A DNA stretch of 62,364 nt, the filler included, from Pirum gemmata (taxonomy: Eukaryota): assembly GCA_002812295.1 (NCBI GenBank). It is 22 parts of 22 records of this genome, joined end to end, with 100 filler letters (N's around TTAATTAATTAA, not from the genome) between each part and the next. Parts side by side here need not be neighbours in the genome. Positions count along the whole stretch, not along the records: positions 1 to 3,663 come from PDIN01005974.1; positions 3,764 to 6,233 come from PDIN01005975.1; positions 6,334 to 8,836 come from PDIN01005976.1; positions 8,937 to 11,413 come from PDIN01005977.1; positions 11,514 to 13,983 come from PDIN01005978.1; 17 more parts are not named here. One strand, 5' to 3'. Shown piece after piece: positions 1-11,803 of the stretch (position 1 is its first letter; each line of letters opens with the position of its first letter). Position numbers and translations under genes: made by a program. The notes beneath the pieces are model-generated. The model saw nothing but the letters and a program-made list of their open reading frames with translations. It ran no database searches and was not told where the DNA came from.

Positions 1-867
1 TTTTAATTATTATTTTAATTATTATTTTAATTATTATTATATATAATTATTCTTATTATTTTTATTATTATTATATTGTTACTATAATTATATTGTCATT
101 ATTGTTATTGTTATTATTATATTATTATTATTATTATTATTATTGTTATTATTATTGTTATTATTATTGTTATTATTAGTGTTGTCATTTTCTTATTGTT
201 GGTTGTTTATGGTTGGTTTTGTTGGTTTTGTTGGTTTGTTGGTTTGCTGCTTTGTTGTTGAGTTTGTTGGGCTGTTTAGTTGTTAGGTTGTTTAGTTGTT
301 TTGTTGTTTGGTCGTTGGTTATTGGCAGTTGGTTATTGGTTGTTGGTTATTGGTTATTGGTTGCTGCTTATTATTTGTTGTTGTATTGCTTTGTTCGTTC
401 TTGGTTATGGGAATGGTTGTGGTTGGTAGCTGTTTCTTGGTTATGCCCAAGGTTGTGGTTGGTGGCTGTTATAAGCGTTTAACACCCCTAATGTTTTCAA
501 ACAACCTAAAAATAATCCTATAGCATTTTTCTGAAAATGAAGCCTCAATTAAGAGTAGCCGCTTTTTAGTAAGAATATCGGATATCAGTAAAAATACTAA
601 AGAAAATATATGGATTAATGATGATTAATTTGGTTTTCATATGGCTAAAAAGAAAAGGCACGGATGGCGACCTGGGTCGAACAAAAATATTTTTTCTTTG
701 ATAATCATATGATTATGATTATGATTATGATTATGATTATGATTATGATTATTGAAAATCAGAAAGTTGTTGAAATTTTGGAATATGGATACTAAAAGGT
801 ATTATTCTAAAATCATGAAAAACGAGTGGGAAAAAGTCGGAGAACTTCCGTTTGGTCTGAATTGATT

Positions 868-1263
868 TATGTCATAAATCATTAATAAATTAAATTAAAT
901 AATTAATTTATACCCATTTGAGTGTTGTTTTTTCGCTTTGTTGTGTTAATATATAGTGTTGTGTTATTTACAGACCTCCAACCTTTTTCTTTCAGACCAA
1001 TTCATGTCATATATCATTAATAAATTAAATGAAATAGTTAATATCTCCTTATACCCATTTGAGTGTTGTTTTTTCGTTTTGTTGTATTAATATATAGTGT
1101 TGTGTTATTTGTAGACCTCCAACCTTTTTCTTTCAGACCAATTCATGTCATATATCATTAATAAATTAAATGAAATAGTTAATATCTCCTTATACCCATT
1201 TGAGTGTTGTTTTTTCGTTTTGTTGTATTAATATATAGTGTTGTGTTATTTGTAGACCTCCAA
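868..1263. repeat. ~141-bp tandem repeat, ~3 copies
   Basis: TACCCATTTGAGTGTTGTTTTTTCG recurs at 911, 1052 and 1193. The array ends at a single-N join (1264). Confidence 0.85.
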
Positions 1264-1264
1264 N

Positions 1265-2032
1265 GTCTGCTGGCAATATTCATCCATCTAAGATGCAGTC
1301 AACACCAATCAGTTCATCATCGACGACTCCGAAAACAACTCCAACAGCCATAACACCAATAACAAATTCAAAATCGGGTAGTGTTTTAATTATATATATA
1401 TACCTTTTATTGTTCATTATGTTGTTCTATTATGGACAATACAGTAACAGTAACAGTAACAGTAACAGTAACAGTAACAGTAACAATAATAGTAACAACA
1501 ACACTAACACTAACACTAACACTAACACTAACACTAACACTAACACTAACACTAACACTAATACTAACACTAACTAACACTAACATATATACCTTTAGCT
1601 ACAAAATGCATCAAAGAAAACAGCAACAGTCCATTTTCCAAAACAAACGGTCGGAAGTTAAACTTTTCTGCAATACCTTCACCTGAAAAATACTCCCCTA
1701 AATCACAGCAATCACAGCCACAACCACGACCACGACCAAGGCCGCGCCCACAACACAACCACGACCACAACAACAATCACAATCACAATCATAATCACAA
1801 CCAGAATTCTTCTTGTTCTACAAGCTTTTCTACACCTCCCAAATATAGCTACGATGGATCTTACAAAAAGACATACTATTCGAATTCTGTTGATTCTTAT
1901 TCACCTTTAAATCGAAGTTTAAACACGTCAACTACTTCCTACAACGGTTCTTTGCCAGCTTATTCTCCTTTAAGAACAACTAAGATGTGCCATGGGTCAC
2001 CAACGTTTACGTATTATAAATTTAATTTTTAA
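1265..2032 (+). CDS. Ser/Pro/Asn-rich low-complexity protein, 3' part (2 exons)
   Basis: Exon 1265(or ATG 1293)-1377, GT-AG intron 1378-1598, exon 1599-2032. The phases match (G|CT = Ala). The frame is open: ...TNSKS-ATKCIKENSNSPFSKTNGRKLNFSAIPSPEKYSPK...YSPLRTTKMCHGSPTFTYYKFNF*. Many SP/TP motifs; no recognisable domain. Confidence 0.6.
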
Positions 2033-2035
2033 AGC

Positions 2036-3400
2036 TAGGGTTAGGGTTAACCCTCACCCTAACTCTAAACCCTCAACCCTAACCCTAACCTTAACCTTAA
2101 CCTAACCCTAACCCTAACCCTAACCCTAACCCTAACCCTAACCCTAACCCTAACCCTAACCCTAACCCTTAATTCTAATCCGAACCCTAACCCTTACTCT
2201 GATATATACAATTCAAAATATACAATTTAAAATTAGAGGTAATCTTATTGAAGGGTATTTTGTTTTAAAACAATAAGCTCCTTGTCTGTGAATATTGACA
2301 ACCCTAACCCTAACCTTTAACCCTTAACCCTATCCCTAACTCTAACCCTATCCCTAACTCTAACCCTACCCCTAATCTTAACCCTTAATTCTAATCCGAA
2401 CTCTAACCTTGACTCTGATATATATAATTCAAAATTAGACGTAATTTTATTGAAGAGTATTTGGTTTTAAAAGTAATGAACTCCTCGTCTGTGAATATCG
2501 TCAAGCTAAACCCTAACCCTAACCCTAACCCTGACCTAACCCTAACCCTGACCTAACCCTAACCCTGACCTAACCCTAACCCTAACCCTAACCCTTAATT
2601 CGAATCCGAACCCTAACCCTAGCTCTGATATATATAATTAAAAATTAGAGGTAATTTTATTGAAGAGCATTTGGTTTTAAAAGTAATAAACTCCTCGTCT
2701 GTGAATATTGACAACCTAAACCATAACCCTTACCATCAACCCTTAACCCTGAACCCTGAACCCTGAACCCTAACCCTAACCCTAACCCTAAATCTAACAC
2801 TTAACTCTAATCCTAACCCTAACCCTAATTCTGATATATACAATTCAAAATTAGAGGTATTTTTAATGAAGGGTATTTGGTTTTAAAAGTAATTAACTCC
2901 TTGTCTGTGAATATTGACAACCTAAACCCTAACCCTAACACGAACCCTAACCCTAACCCTAACCCTTAACCCTTAACCCCTAACCATAACTCTAATTCTA
3001 ACCCTTAACCCTAACCCTTACTTAACCCTTAACCCTAACCCCTAACCCTAACCCTAACCCTAACCCTAACCCTAACCCTAATCCTAACCCTAACCCTTAA
3101 TTCTAATTCGAACCCTAACCCTAACTCTGATATATACAATTCAAAATTGGAGGTAATTTTATTGAGGGGTATTTGGTTTTAGAAGTATTAAACTCCTCGT
3201 CTGTGAACATTGACAATCTAAACCCTAACCCTAACCCTAACCCTAATCCTTAATTATAATCCGAACCCTAACCCTAACTCTTAATTCTAATCCAAACCCT
3301 AACCCTAACTCTGATATATATATAATTCAAAATTAGAGGTAATTCCATTGAAGGGTATTTGGTTTTAAAAGTAATAAACTCCTCGTCTGTGAACATTGAC
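2036..3400. repeat. Composite tandem array: six ~90-100-bp conserved cores separated by variable (TAACCC)n spacers
   Basis: Core CTGATATATA..AATTCAAAATTAGAGGTAATTTTATTGAAGGGTATTTGGTTTTAAAAGTAATAAACTCCTCGTCTGTGAATATTGAC starts at ~2199, 2415, 2625, 2831, 3127 and 3311. Confidence 0.9.
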
Positions 3401-3663
3401 TGGAAAACTTACTGGGGAGTCCAACGTGGCCAACAATTGTTTTTTTATCCGTTTAAGGAAACTCCAAACAAAAATGCTGCAAAATCGGTCATTATTGTTA
3501 TTATTTTTAATTTTTGTTATTGTTTTTGTTGTGGTTGTGGTTTACTGTTTATTATATATTGAGTAACATTGTAAATACATTATAGTGCAATGCAATATAA
3601 TATTAATATATAATATAATACATATTATATTATAATATGATACAATATAATATAATACAATAT

Positions 3664-3763
3664 NNNNNNNNNNNNNNNNNNNNNNNNNNNNNNNNNNNNN
3701 NNNNNNNTTAATTAATTAANNNNNNNNNNNNNNNNNNNNNNNNNNNNNNNNNNNNNNNNNNNN
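3664..3763. other. Artificial contig-joining linker N44-TTAATTAATTAA-N44 (first of 21)
   Basis: The same 100-nt linker, with stops in all six frames, also starts at 6234, 8837, 11414, 13984, 16542, 19778, 22375, 24951, 27568, 30186, 32785, 35401, 38016, 40609, 43196, 45749, 48922, 51521, 54135 and 56749. Confidence 0.97.
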
Positions 3764-4366
3764 CCTAACCCTAACCCCTAACCCTAACCCCTAACCCTAA
3801 CCCTTTTAATTAAGACAATTATAATATTATATATTGTACATGACTTAATAATCTTTATACTTATAATCAACATCTTAGCAACAGCAACAGCAATAGAGAT
3901 AACTATTTTGATTTTAAAATCATATAAATATTAAAGTGCTTATAATTATATATAATAACGTTAATTATCTATTTATTCATTAAAAAATACCAATTTATAT
4001 GATATAACCGACCTAGTTAATATTCAAAGCGGCAAAATAAATGAAAGTAAAATAATATTCAGGTTTGCGCTAGGAGTGGTTAGGGTTAGGGTCAGGGTCA
4101 GGGTTAGAGTTAGGGGTTAGGGAGTGGTTAGAGTTAAGGGTTCGGGGTGGTTAGGGTTAGGGTTAGTGTTATGGTCAGGGTTATAGTAAATTATATAAAT
4201 TAATTATAAAACCGTCAATTTCATCAATTTGCAATGACCCGTGCACATTAATTAAGATCTCCCAATGTTTTTTTATTATTTTTATTTTTTATCATACTTA
4301 TAGAGGTCTAGAATCAAAACATTACACGTACACAATAAATACATAGAGTCAGACAAGATAAAGTTT

Positions 4367-4555
4367 TATCGTGCTTTTCAGTTGTTTTGTCATCATAAAA
4401 TATACAATAAAAATTACCAAATTAATACAATATAATCACTTCACTTTTAATTTGGTATATTTTATTATCTAATTGTTCATTTAAAAATGTCAATTTAAAT
4501 ATTATAACCAACCAAATAAATATTTGGAAAGACAAAATAACTGAAAAGCACTATA
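4367..4555 (+). mobile_element. MITE family A (~190 bp, TA-flanked, Tc1/mariner-like)
   Basis: TIRs TA|TCGTGCTTTTCA(G/T)TT(A/G)TTTTGTCA ... TGACAAAATAA(A/C)TGAAAAGCACGA|TA. Other full or partial copies at ~4720-4913, 5415-5605, 8745-8836, 14486-14674, 15745-15935, 16412-16541, 31270-31381, 32681-32784, 41051-41481, 45849-46016, 46028-46195, 46627-46793, 47540-47690, 47979-48163, 57655-57820 and 58120-58265. Confidence 0.85.
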
Positions 4556-5096
4556 AGATTTTTTAATTAATAAAGTGTATCTTATATATATTTTATCGCG
4601 TTTATGAGAATTTGTGATTTATTTCAATACTAAATGTTCGTAATAGTCATCGATCGATACTCATCGACAATAAATATTTTTTGCCTATTTTTTTCGTGTA
4701 ATTTATTGAAATTCATAATAATATTTCATTTATTTTGTTACTCTGAGAGTCTGAATATTTATTTGGTTGGTTATACTATTTAAATTGACATTTTTAAATG
4801 AATAAATAGATAATAAAATATACCAAATAAAATGAAATGGATTTATGTTGTATTTAAAATTTGGTATTCTTTATTTTATATTTCATAATGACAAAACAAT
4901 TGAAAAGAACGATAATATATTATATTATCATGTAGTCTATTTTTTATATCGTGTTTTGTAGTGAGTGAGAAAGTGTGAGTAGTCACTCATTATCTTTTAA
5001 ATAATTTCAATATTAATTTTTTAGAACAAAATTTATATATATCATATTAATAAAAAAAAGAAATAAATTTTTTTATTTAAAACACTGTATTAGATG

Positions 5097-5328
5097 AGTA
5101 GGGGTGACATATCACTGGAACTTTTTTCGAGCAGATGCTTATCGAGCCAACCTTAGTTCCGTGTTTCTTACTAGTAATAGCAGCTAAATAGCTTAAAACA
5201 GTAAATCTAATTATAATATATACCAATTAAAGTAATACTATTAACATTAATAGTAATAAAAACCATAAAATCGGAAAAGTTCTGACAGCTGTTCGGTAAT
5301 AATAAAATGACGTCATCTCACCCCTACT
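5097..5328 (-). mobile_element. MITE family B (232 bp), 8-bp TSD ATTAGATG
   Basis: TIR AGTAGGGGTGA(G/C)AT ... ATCTCACCCCTACT. Direct repeat ATTAGATG at 5089-5096 and 5329-5336. Confidence 0.9.
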
Positions 5329-5874
5329 ATTAGATGTATTAATACATCAAACTACTTTTAGTAACAGTTACTTATAATAAATGGTGCCCTACCTCGACCA
5401 TTAGATATTAAATAACTTTGTTTCGGGTTTCTGTAATAATCGTCATATAAAATATACAATAAATAGTACCAAATTATTACAATACAAATCCATTTAATTT
5501 AATTTGGTATATTTTATTATCTATGAATTAACTTAAAAATATCAATTTAAAGATTATAACACTCCAAATAAATATTCAGAGTAACAAAATAACTGAAAAA
5601 CACGAGCTACCCTAACATTATCTAACGTAAGTATGTTTTAAATGTCCTTCTTTCTTTTACTATGATAATTAAAAGTACAACTTTTTTTATATATATACGT
5701 TCGAAAATTTCACATCTATTAAATAACTATTACATTACTTAGTAGTTACTTATGTAGTTCTTATGCTCGAAAGCCGAACATTCGAGTCGAAACTAAATCG
5801 TTGGACTTTTCAAGAACTACGTGATCCTGACAGCCACGTGATCAGTGTTAGGATCGGTGTTTGTAAGTAAGATA

Positions 5875-5956
5875 CAGTCAAGTTATGAATATAATTTGGC
5901 GCGAATTAACATTTTAGTTAATTGGCGCCAAAACGATTATGTTCATAATTCGACTG
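5875..5956. mobile_element. 82-bp imperfect palindrome, probable tiny Tc1/pogo-type MITE
   Basis: Left arm CAGTCAAGTTATGAATATAATTTGGCGCGAATTAAC pairs with right arm GTTAATTGGCGCCAAAACGATTATGTTCATAATTCGACTG around a 6-nt loop. The left end is TA|CAGTC. Confidence 0.55.
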
Positions 5957-6112
5957 ATGCTATAGCTACTTGTAAAAACGTAGCTAGTATAGCTTACACC
6001 CTACCAAGTTCTTAATGAAATAAATCAAGTATTATATGGGAATAGATATTTGTAAAAAAAAGAAGTAGGATAACACTAATGCAAATACCTACCACTCTAC
6101 TACTACTATTAA

Positions 6113-6153
<41 letters not shown>

Positions 6154-6391
6154 GTTACTACTACTACTACTACTACTACTATTACAACTACTACTACTAC
6201 TACTACTACTTCTACTTCTACTACTACTACTACNNNNNNNNNNNNNNNNNNNNNNNNNNNNNNNNNNNNNNNNNNNNTTAATTAATTAANNNNNNNNNNN
6301 NNNNNNNNNNNNNNNNNNNNNNNNNNNNNNNNNAAAATTTAATATTATACTAAAAACTTAACTACAAACAAAATACCTCATGGTGTTGAAA

Positions 6392-6507
6392 GTTAGGGTT
6401 AGGGTTAGGGTTAGGGTTAGGGTTAGGGTTAGGGTTAGGGTTAGAGTTAGGGTTAGGGATAGGGTTAGGGTTAGGGTTAGGGTTAGGGTTAAGGTTAGGG
6501 TTAGGGT
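6392..6507 (+). repeat. Interstitial (TTAGGG)n telomere-like tract
   Basis: Near-perfect TTAGGG run with unique sequence on both sides. Similar tracts in either orientation at ~7893-8289, 8610-8695, 9860-9950, 11310-11413, 17125-17292, 36668-36710, 42450-42640, 48271-48376, 50030-50091 and 61615-61730. Confidence 0.9.
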
Positions 6508-7209
6508 GAAACTTGAAACTGTGTTGAAATTGATCAAGAAGTTGATGATGCATTTTTCATTTCCTATTTCGGGTTTTCTATTTTTAAAAAATAATGATAA
6601 TATATTTTTTTAAAAAAAAAATAAAATCATACAATGAAAAGTCTTTTTGAAGCTTTTTGATTTATTGCTATATATAATAATAATATATAATAATAATAAT
6701 AATAATAAATAAATATCATAAAATCACACAATGAAAAGGCGTTTTGATTTTATTGCTTATTATGTACTCTACAAACTCTAAATAGTTAGTAGCAGAAAAT
6801 TATTTGTCAGTCAGGATCTTTAAGTTAGTTTTACTTATTGTGTAAAACACCTTTTTGGATTGTTATGTGTAATGAACATACTACTACTTTATCATCAACG
6901 ATTGATGTTGATGGTAACGTTGTTGATGGTAACGCTGTTGATGGTGAATGTTGGAGTTGGTGTTGATGTTCATGTTGATATTTAACGTTGAAGTTGGAAT
7001 TGATGTTGATGTTGTTGATGGTGAATGTTGGTATTGGTGTTGGTGTTGATGATCATGTTGATATTTGACGTTGAAGTTGGCATTGATATATTGATATTGC
7101 TATTTTTATTGTTGTTGATCATGATGTTTATTTTGAATGCAAGTACAATTGCAAGTAAGTTATTTATATATTTATAAGAATTTGCAAGCAAAAGGGCTCC
7201 ACACTGCCT

Positions 7210-7308
<99 letters not shown>

Positions 7309-7331
7309 ACTAGTAGTGGTAGTAGTATTAA

Positions 7332-7366
<35 letters not shown>

Positions 7367-7402
7367 TTAATAGTAGTAGTAGTAGTAATAGTAGTAGTAG
7401 TA

Positions 7403-7448
<46 letters not shown>

Positions 7449-7561
7449 GGGAATAGTAGTAGTAGTAGTAGTAGTATTGGTAGGAATAGTAGTAGTAGTA
7501 GTAGTAGTAGTATTGGTAGTATCTGATAGTAGTATCATTGATAGTAGTAGTAGTAGTAGTA
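7210..7561. repeat. (TAG)n/(CTA)n microsatellite
   Basis: Long TAG trinucleotide tract. Others at 6095-6233, 8937-9407, 36198-36560 and 50820-51415. Confidence 0.95.
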
Positions 7562-9013
7562 GGAATAGACTATGGGAAAGTTTTTCCAGTGTTTTTCCCA
7601 TAAAAATTTCATAGGAAAGTTTTCCCATTTTTATGGGAAAGTTTTTCCCATTTTCCAATCAGGAATTATTTTTGTAATCAACTGAGAATCAAAAAGCTCG
7701 ATCCTGATTATTAAATAGTGACAAATTTGAAATTATATTCTTTTTTTTTTCGAGTTCAAGTTTTTTCTATTAATTTTTTTTTTTTTTTGTGAAATAATAC
7801 TTAAAATTAGATCGAAAAATTTCGAAAGTTTCGAACTAGTCTCGATTCGATGATTTTACCCAGCAGTGGGTTAGGTTTAGGGTAGGGGACTGTTAGGGTG
7901 ACGTTAGGGTTAGGGTTAGGGTTAGGGTTAGGGTTAGGGTTAGGGTTAGGGTTAGGGTTAGGTTTAGGGTTAGGTTTAGGTTTAGGTTTAGGTTTAGGTT
8001 TAGGGTTAGGTTNNNNNNNNNNNNNNNNNNNNNNNNNNNNNNNNNNNNNNNNNNNNNNNNNNNNNNNNNNNNNNNNNNNNNNNNNNNNNNNNNNNNNNNN
8101 NNNNNNNNNNNNNNNNNNNNNNNNNNNNNNNNNNNNNNNNNNNNNNNNNNNNNNNNNNNNNNNNNNNNNNNNNNNTAGGGTTAGGGTTAGGGTTAGGGTT
8201 AGGGTTAGGGTTAGGGTTAGGGTTAGGGTTAGGTTTAGGGTTAGGTTTAGGTTTAGGTTTAGGTTTAGGTTTAGGGTTAGGTTTAGGGTAAGACCTCGTG
8301 GTAGTGATAGTAGTAATAGTGGCAGTAGTAGTAGTAATAGTGTAGTAATAGTAATAGTATACGTAGTAATAGCAGTAGTGGTATTATAAAAGCAAATTCA
8401 TAACCAAATAAAGGAAAAACTAAGGCTTTTAACTATTTATAGTAATATAAACCATAAAAAAATAACACTTGAAATTCCTATTTAAGACACCTGGTTTTAA
8501 CTGGATAAAATAATAAAAATACCAATAAAAGCAAATAAATAACCAAAAAAAGGAAAAATTAATAATAATTAATAATAATTAATAACAATTGAAATCACCT
8601 AACCCAAATCCAAACCCTAACCCTAACCTTAACCCTAACCCTAACCCTAACCCTAACCCTGACCCTAACCCTAACGTTAACCCTAACCCTAACCCACTAG
8701 TACTATTATTACAACAACAGTAGTGGTATGGAGATTTAGTGTCAGTATTTGATATAGTATGAAGTTTTTCATTTAGTTTGTCATTAAATTTTCCAATATT
8801 TATTTGGTTGTTTATAATATTTAAATTGATACTTTTNNNNNNNNNNNNNNNNNNNNNNNNNNNNNNNNNNNNNNNNNNNNTTAATTAATTAANNNNNNNN
8901 NNNNNNNNNNNNNNNNNNNNNNNNNNNNNNNNNNNNATAATAATAATAATAATAATAGTAGTAGTAGTAATGATAATAATAATAATAGTAGAAGTAGAAG
9001 TAGAAGTAGAAGC

Positions 9014-9045
<32 letters not shown>

Positions 9046-9143
9046 CAATAGTAATAGTAATGGTAATAATAGTAGTAACGGTAGTATTAGTAGTAGCAAT
9101 GGTAATAGAAATGGTAATAATAGTAGTAACAGTAGTAGTAGTG

Positions 9144-9204
<61 letters not shown>

Positions 9205-9235
9205 AAGAAGAAGTAGAAGTAGTAGTAGTAGAAGC

Positions 9236-9327
<92 letters not shown>

Positions 9328-9349
9328 NTAGTAGTAGTAGTAATAGTAA

Positions 9350-9408
<59 letters not shown>

Positions 9409-9579
9409 ATGACAGCGGTAATAGTGGCAGTGGAGCTAAAGCAGTGTAGTTATATAGAGCAGTGTAGTTAAGACCAGTGTAGTTAAGACCAGTTTTAGAG
9501 AAGACTTAAAAATAATAAAACACTGACAACATTCACAAAAACTAAAAATAAAAAATAAAAATAAAAGTATACAACTAAC

Positions 9580-10096
9580 CAGTCATTGTTATCTATCTTA
9601 CTTTCACTTAATTTAATTTCCATTTTAGGGCAAAACTTGTTTTGTTCTTCGCATGTGTAAACTGGTGGATGATGATATACGTAATATTTGTATTGGAACA
9701 AATTTTCATTATCGTTCTCGAAGGCCTCAGCGATTAAATTTAAACATTTTTCACGCTCGGTTCTAAAAAATTCAAATGATTCTGGAGAAGTGGGTTCCTT
9801 AACTACGTTGGGGGTGAGGTGAGGGTGAGGGTGAGGGTGAGAGTGAGGATGAGGAGTAAAGTTAGGGTTAGGGTTAGGGTTAGGGCTAGGGTTAGGATTA
9901 GGATTAGGATTAGGATTAGGTTTGGGTTTGGGTTTGGGTTTGGGTTAAAATTTAATGAAAAGACGGAAAAAAGACGGAATCTCAGATACGTAGATTAAAT
10001 AAAAATCCTATGTTTTCCTTTAGAATTTATACCTTCTTCGTGATCTTTAGCTCCAACCTCTTCTTCATTGTGAATAACACAGAATTTAGATGACAT
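9580..10096 (-). CDS. Hypothetical protein, 5' part (2 exons)
   Basis: Exon 1 10096-10033 (MSSKFCVIHNEEEVGAKDHEE, donor GTATAA). Exon 2 9802-9580 (acceptor CGTAG; VKEPTSPESFEFFRTEREKCLNLIAEAFENDNENLFQYKYYVYHHPP...KIDNNDW; donor GTTAGT). Phases are consistent. Confidence 0.65.
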
Positions 10097-10161
10097 TTTT
10101 TCCAAAACGTTAAAACCAAAAACTAAAATATAATAACAATAAGAATAATAATAATAATAGC

Positions 10162-10202
<41 letters not shown>

Positions 10203-10640
10203 CAGGATGTAATAATAATAGTATTATTTCAATAACAACAAACACAACAATCTAGCCAGCTAGTTAGTAGTCTACCCCCTCCGGTCTAGCTAGCTAGTGA
10301 GGGGTCTAGTGAGGGGTATGATGATACTATGATCTGTGTAGGGGGTATGATAGTCTGGGGTAGTCTAAAGCACTGTAGTACTACTAAATTTTAAAATACA
10401 ATAAAAATAGTATAAAAATCCATTTTTTTAAAATTTGAAATATTTTATTATATATTTATTGAGGTCTACCTAGTACCCTCTCAATCTTTAATTTGGTATT
10501 TCTTATAAAAATACAAAATTAATAATAAATACCAAATTAATTAAAACATGCCTAATAATAATAATTTGGTATGTTTATTTCAGTTTTGAACTAAACAATT
10601 GTATGGGATGACGTCATAATAATTTCTGGAATGTATACAT

Positions 10641-10920
10641 GGAGATATGGGAAAACATGTAATCGAATCAAACAGCTCGATCCTAATTATTAAATAGTGA
10701 CAATTTTGAAATGATTTTTTCTTTTCGAGTTTCAAGTTTTTTTTATGAAATTTTTAACCCTACCTAACCCTAACCCTAACCCTAACCCTAACCCTAACCC
10801 TAACCCTAACCCTAACCCTAACCCTCTAACCCTAACTCTAACTCTAACCCTGAAATCAAAAGCGAGTCAATGCTTAAAATTAGATTGAAAAAATTCGAAA
10901 AATTCGATTCGATGGGTTTT
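10641..10920 (+). mobile_element. MITE family F copy interrupted by a (TAACCC)n tract
   Basis: Aligns with 45091-45327 (ends AGATACGGAAAAAC ... GTTTTTCCCGCATCTCC) and with ~7670-7860. Telomeric repeats occupy 10755-10850. Confidence 0.7.
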
Positions 10921-11513
10921 TTTGATAAGAGAGAACGTGAAGAACAATATTACTATAAATGGAAGTAATTAGAATGATCATGACGTAAATTATTAATAAC
11001 CCTAACCCTAACCTCTAACCCTAACCCTAACCCTAACCATAACACTATCCATAACACTACCCTAATCCCTAGACCCTAATCCTAACCCTGACCCTTTAAC
11101 CCAACTTCCAACCTAAATTCGATTGAGCATTCTTAAAAGTAATTTCAACAGTAAACCCTAACCCTAACCCTAATTATAACCCTAACTTATATAATTATAT
11201 TGATAAAATTATATTATAATAGTAGACTAATTTTTTATGAATAAAGTATCACTTTGAAAACATGCCAAAAGAGTAAGTCTTCAACAGTTCTTTAACCCAA
11301 ACCCCAACGTTAACCCTAACACTAACCCTAACCCTAACCCCAATCCTAACCCTAACCCCAACCCCAATCCCAACCCCACCCTAACCCTAACCCTAACCCA
11401 AACCCTAACCCTANNNNNNNNNNNNNNNNNNNNNNNNNNNNNNNNNNNNNNNNNNNNTTAATTAATTAANNNNNNNNNNNNNNNNNNNNNNNNNNNNNNN
11501 NNNNNNNNNNNNN

Positions 11514-11803
11514 TTGTTGTTGTTGTTGCTGTTGTTGTTACTACTATTATTATGAATACAACCATCAATAAAGTTTTCTGCATTTTCATTATCATCATCA
11601 ATTAAATCATTAGTTAATGAATGCAAAGTATCAAGAGGGGAAAATTCGATTTTCAAAGGCGATCCCACCGCAGAGCCAGACGAGGACGATGCCGACATTG
11701 ACCCAGAAGATGACGTTGAAGAACTTGATGTACTAGTAACTTTAAATCGCTCTTTTTCCAATTCAAAATCATCCGCATTATTCATTATTAACCTTGGTTG
11801 CAT
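11514..11803 (-). CDS. Hypothetical protein N-terminus (Ser/Asn-rich), runs into a contig gap
   Basis: ATG at 11803: MQPRLIMNNADDFELEKERFKVTSTSSSS...GSPLKIEFSPLDTLHSLTNDLIDDD..., open to the gap. GC is higher than in the flanks. Confidence 0.6.

Noticed and set aside
520..3495. Possible TAA-to-sense codon reassignment, suggested by in-frame TAA in coding-like stretches (~626, ~3445)
   Set aside because: The subtilisin, MCO, propeller and amidohydrolase end in TAA at the expected C-terminus, and the long conserved frames contain no internal TAA/TAG.
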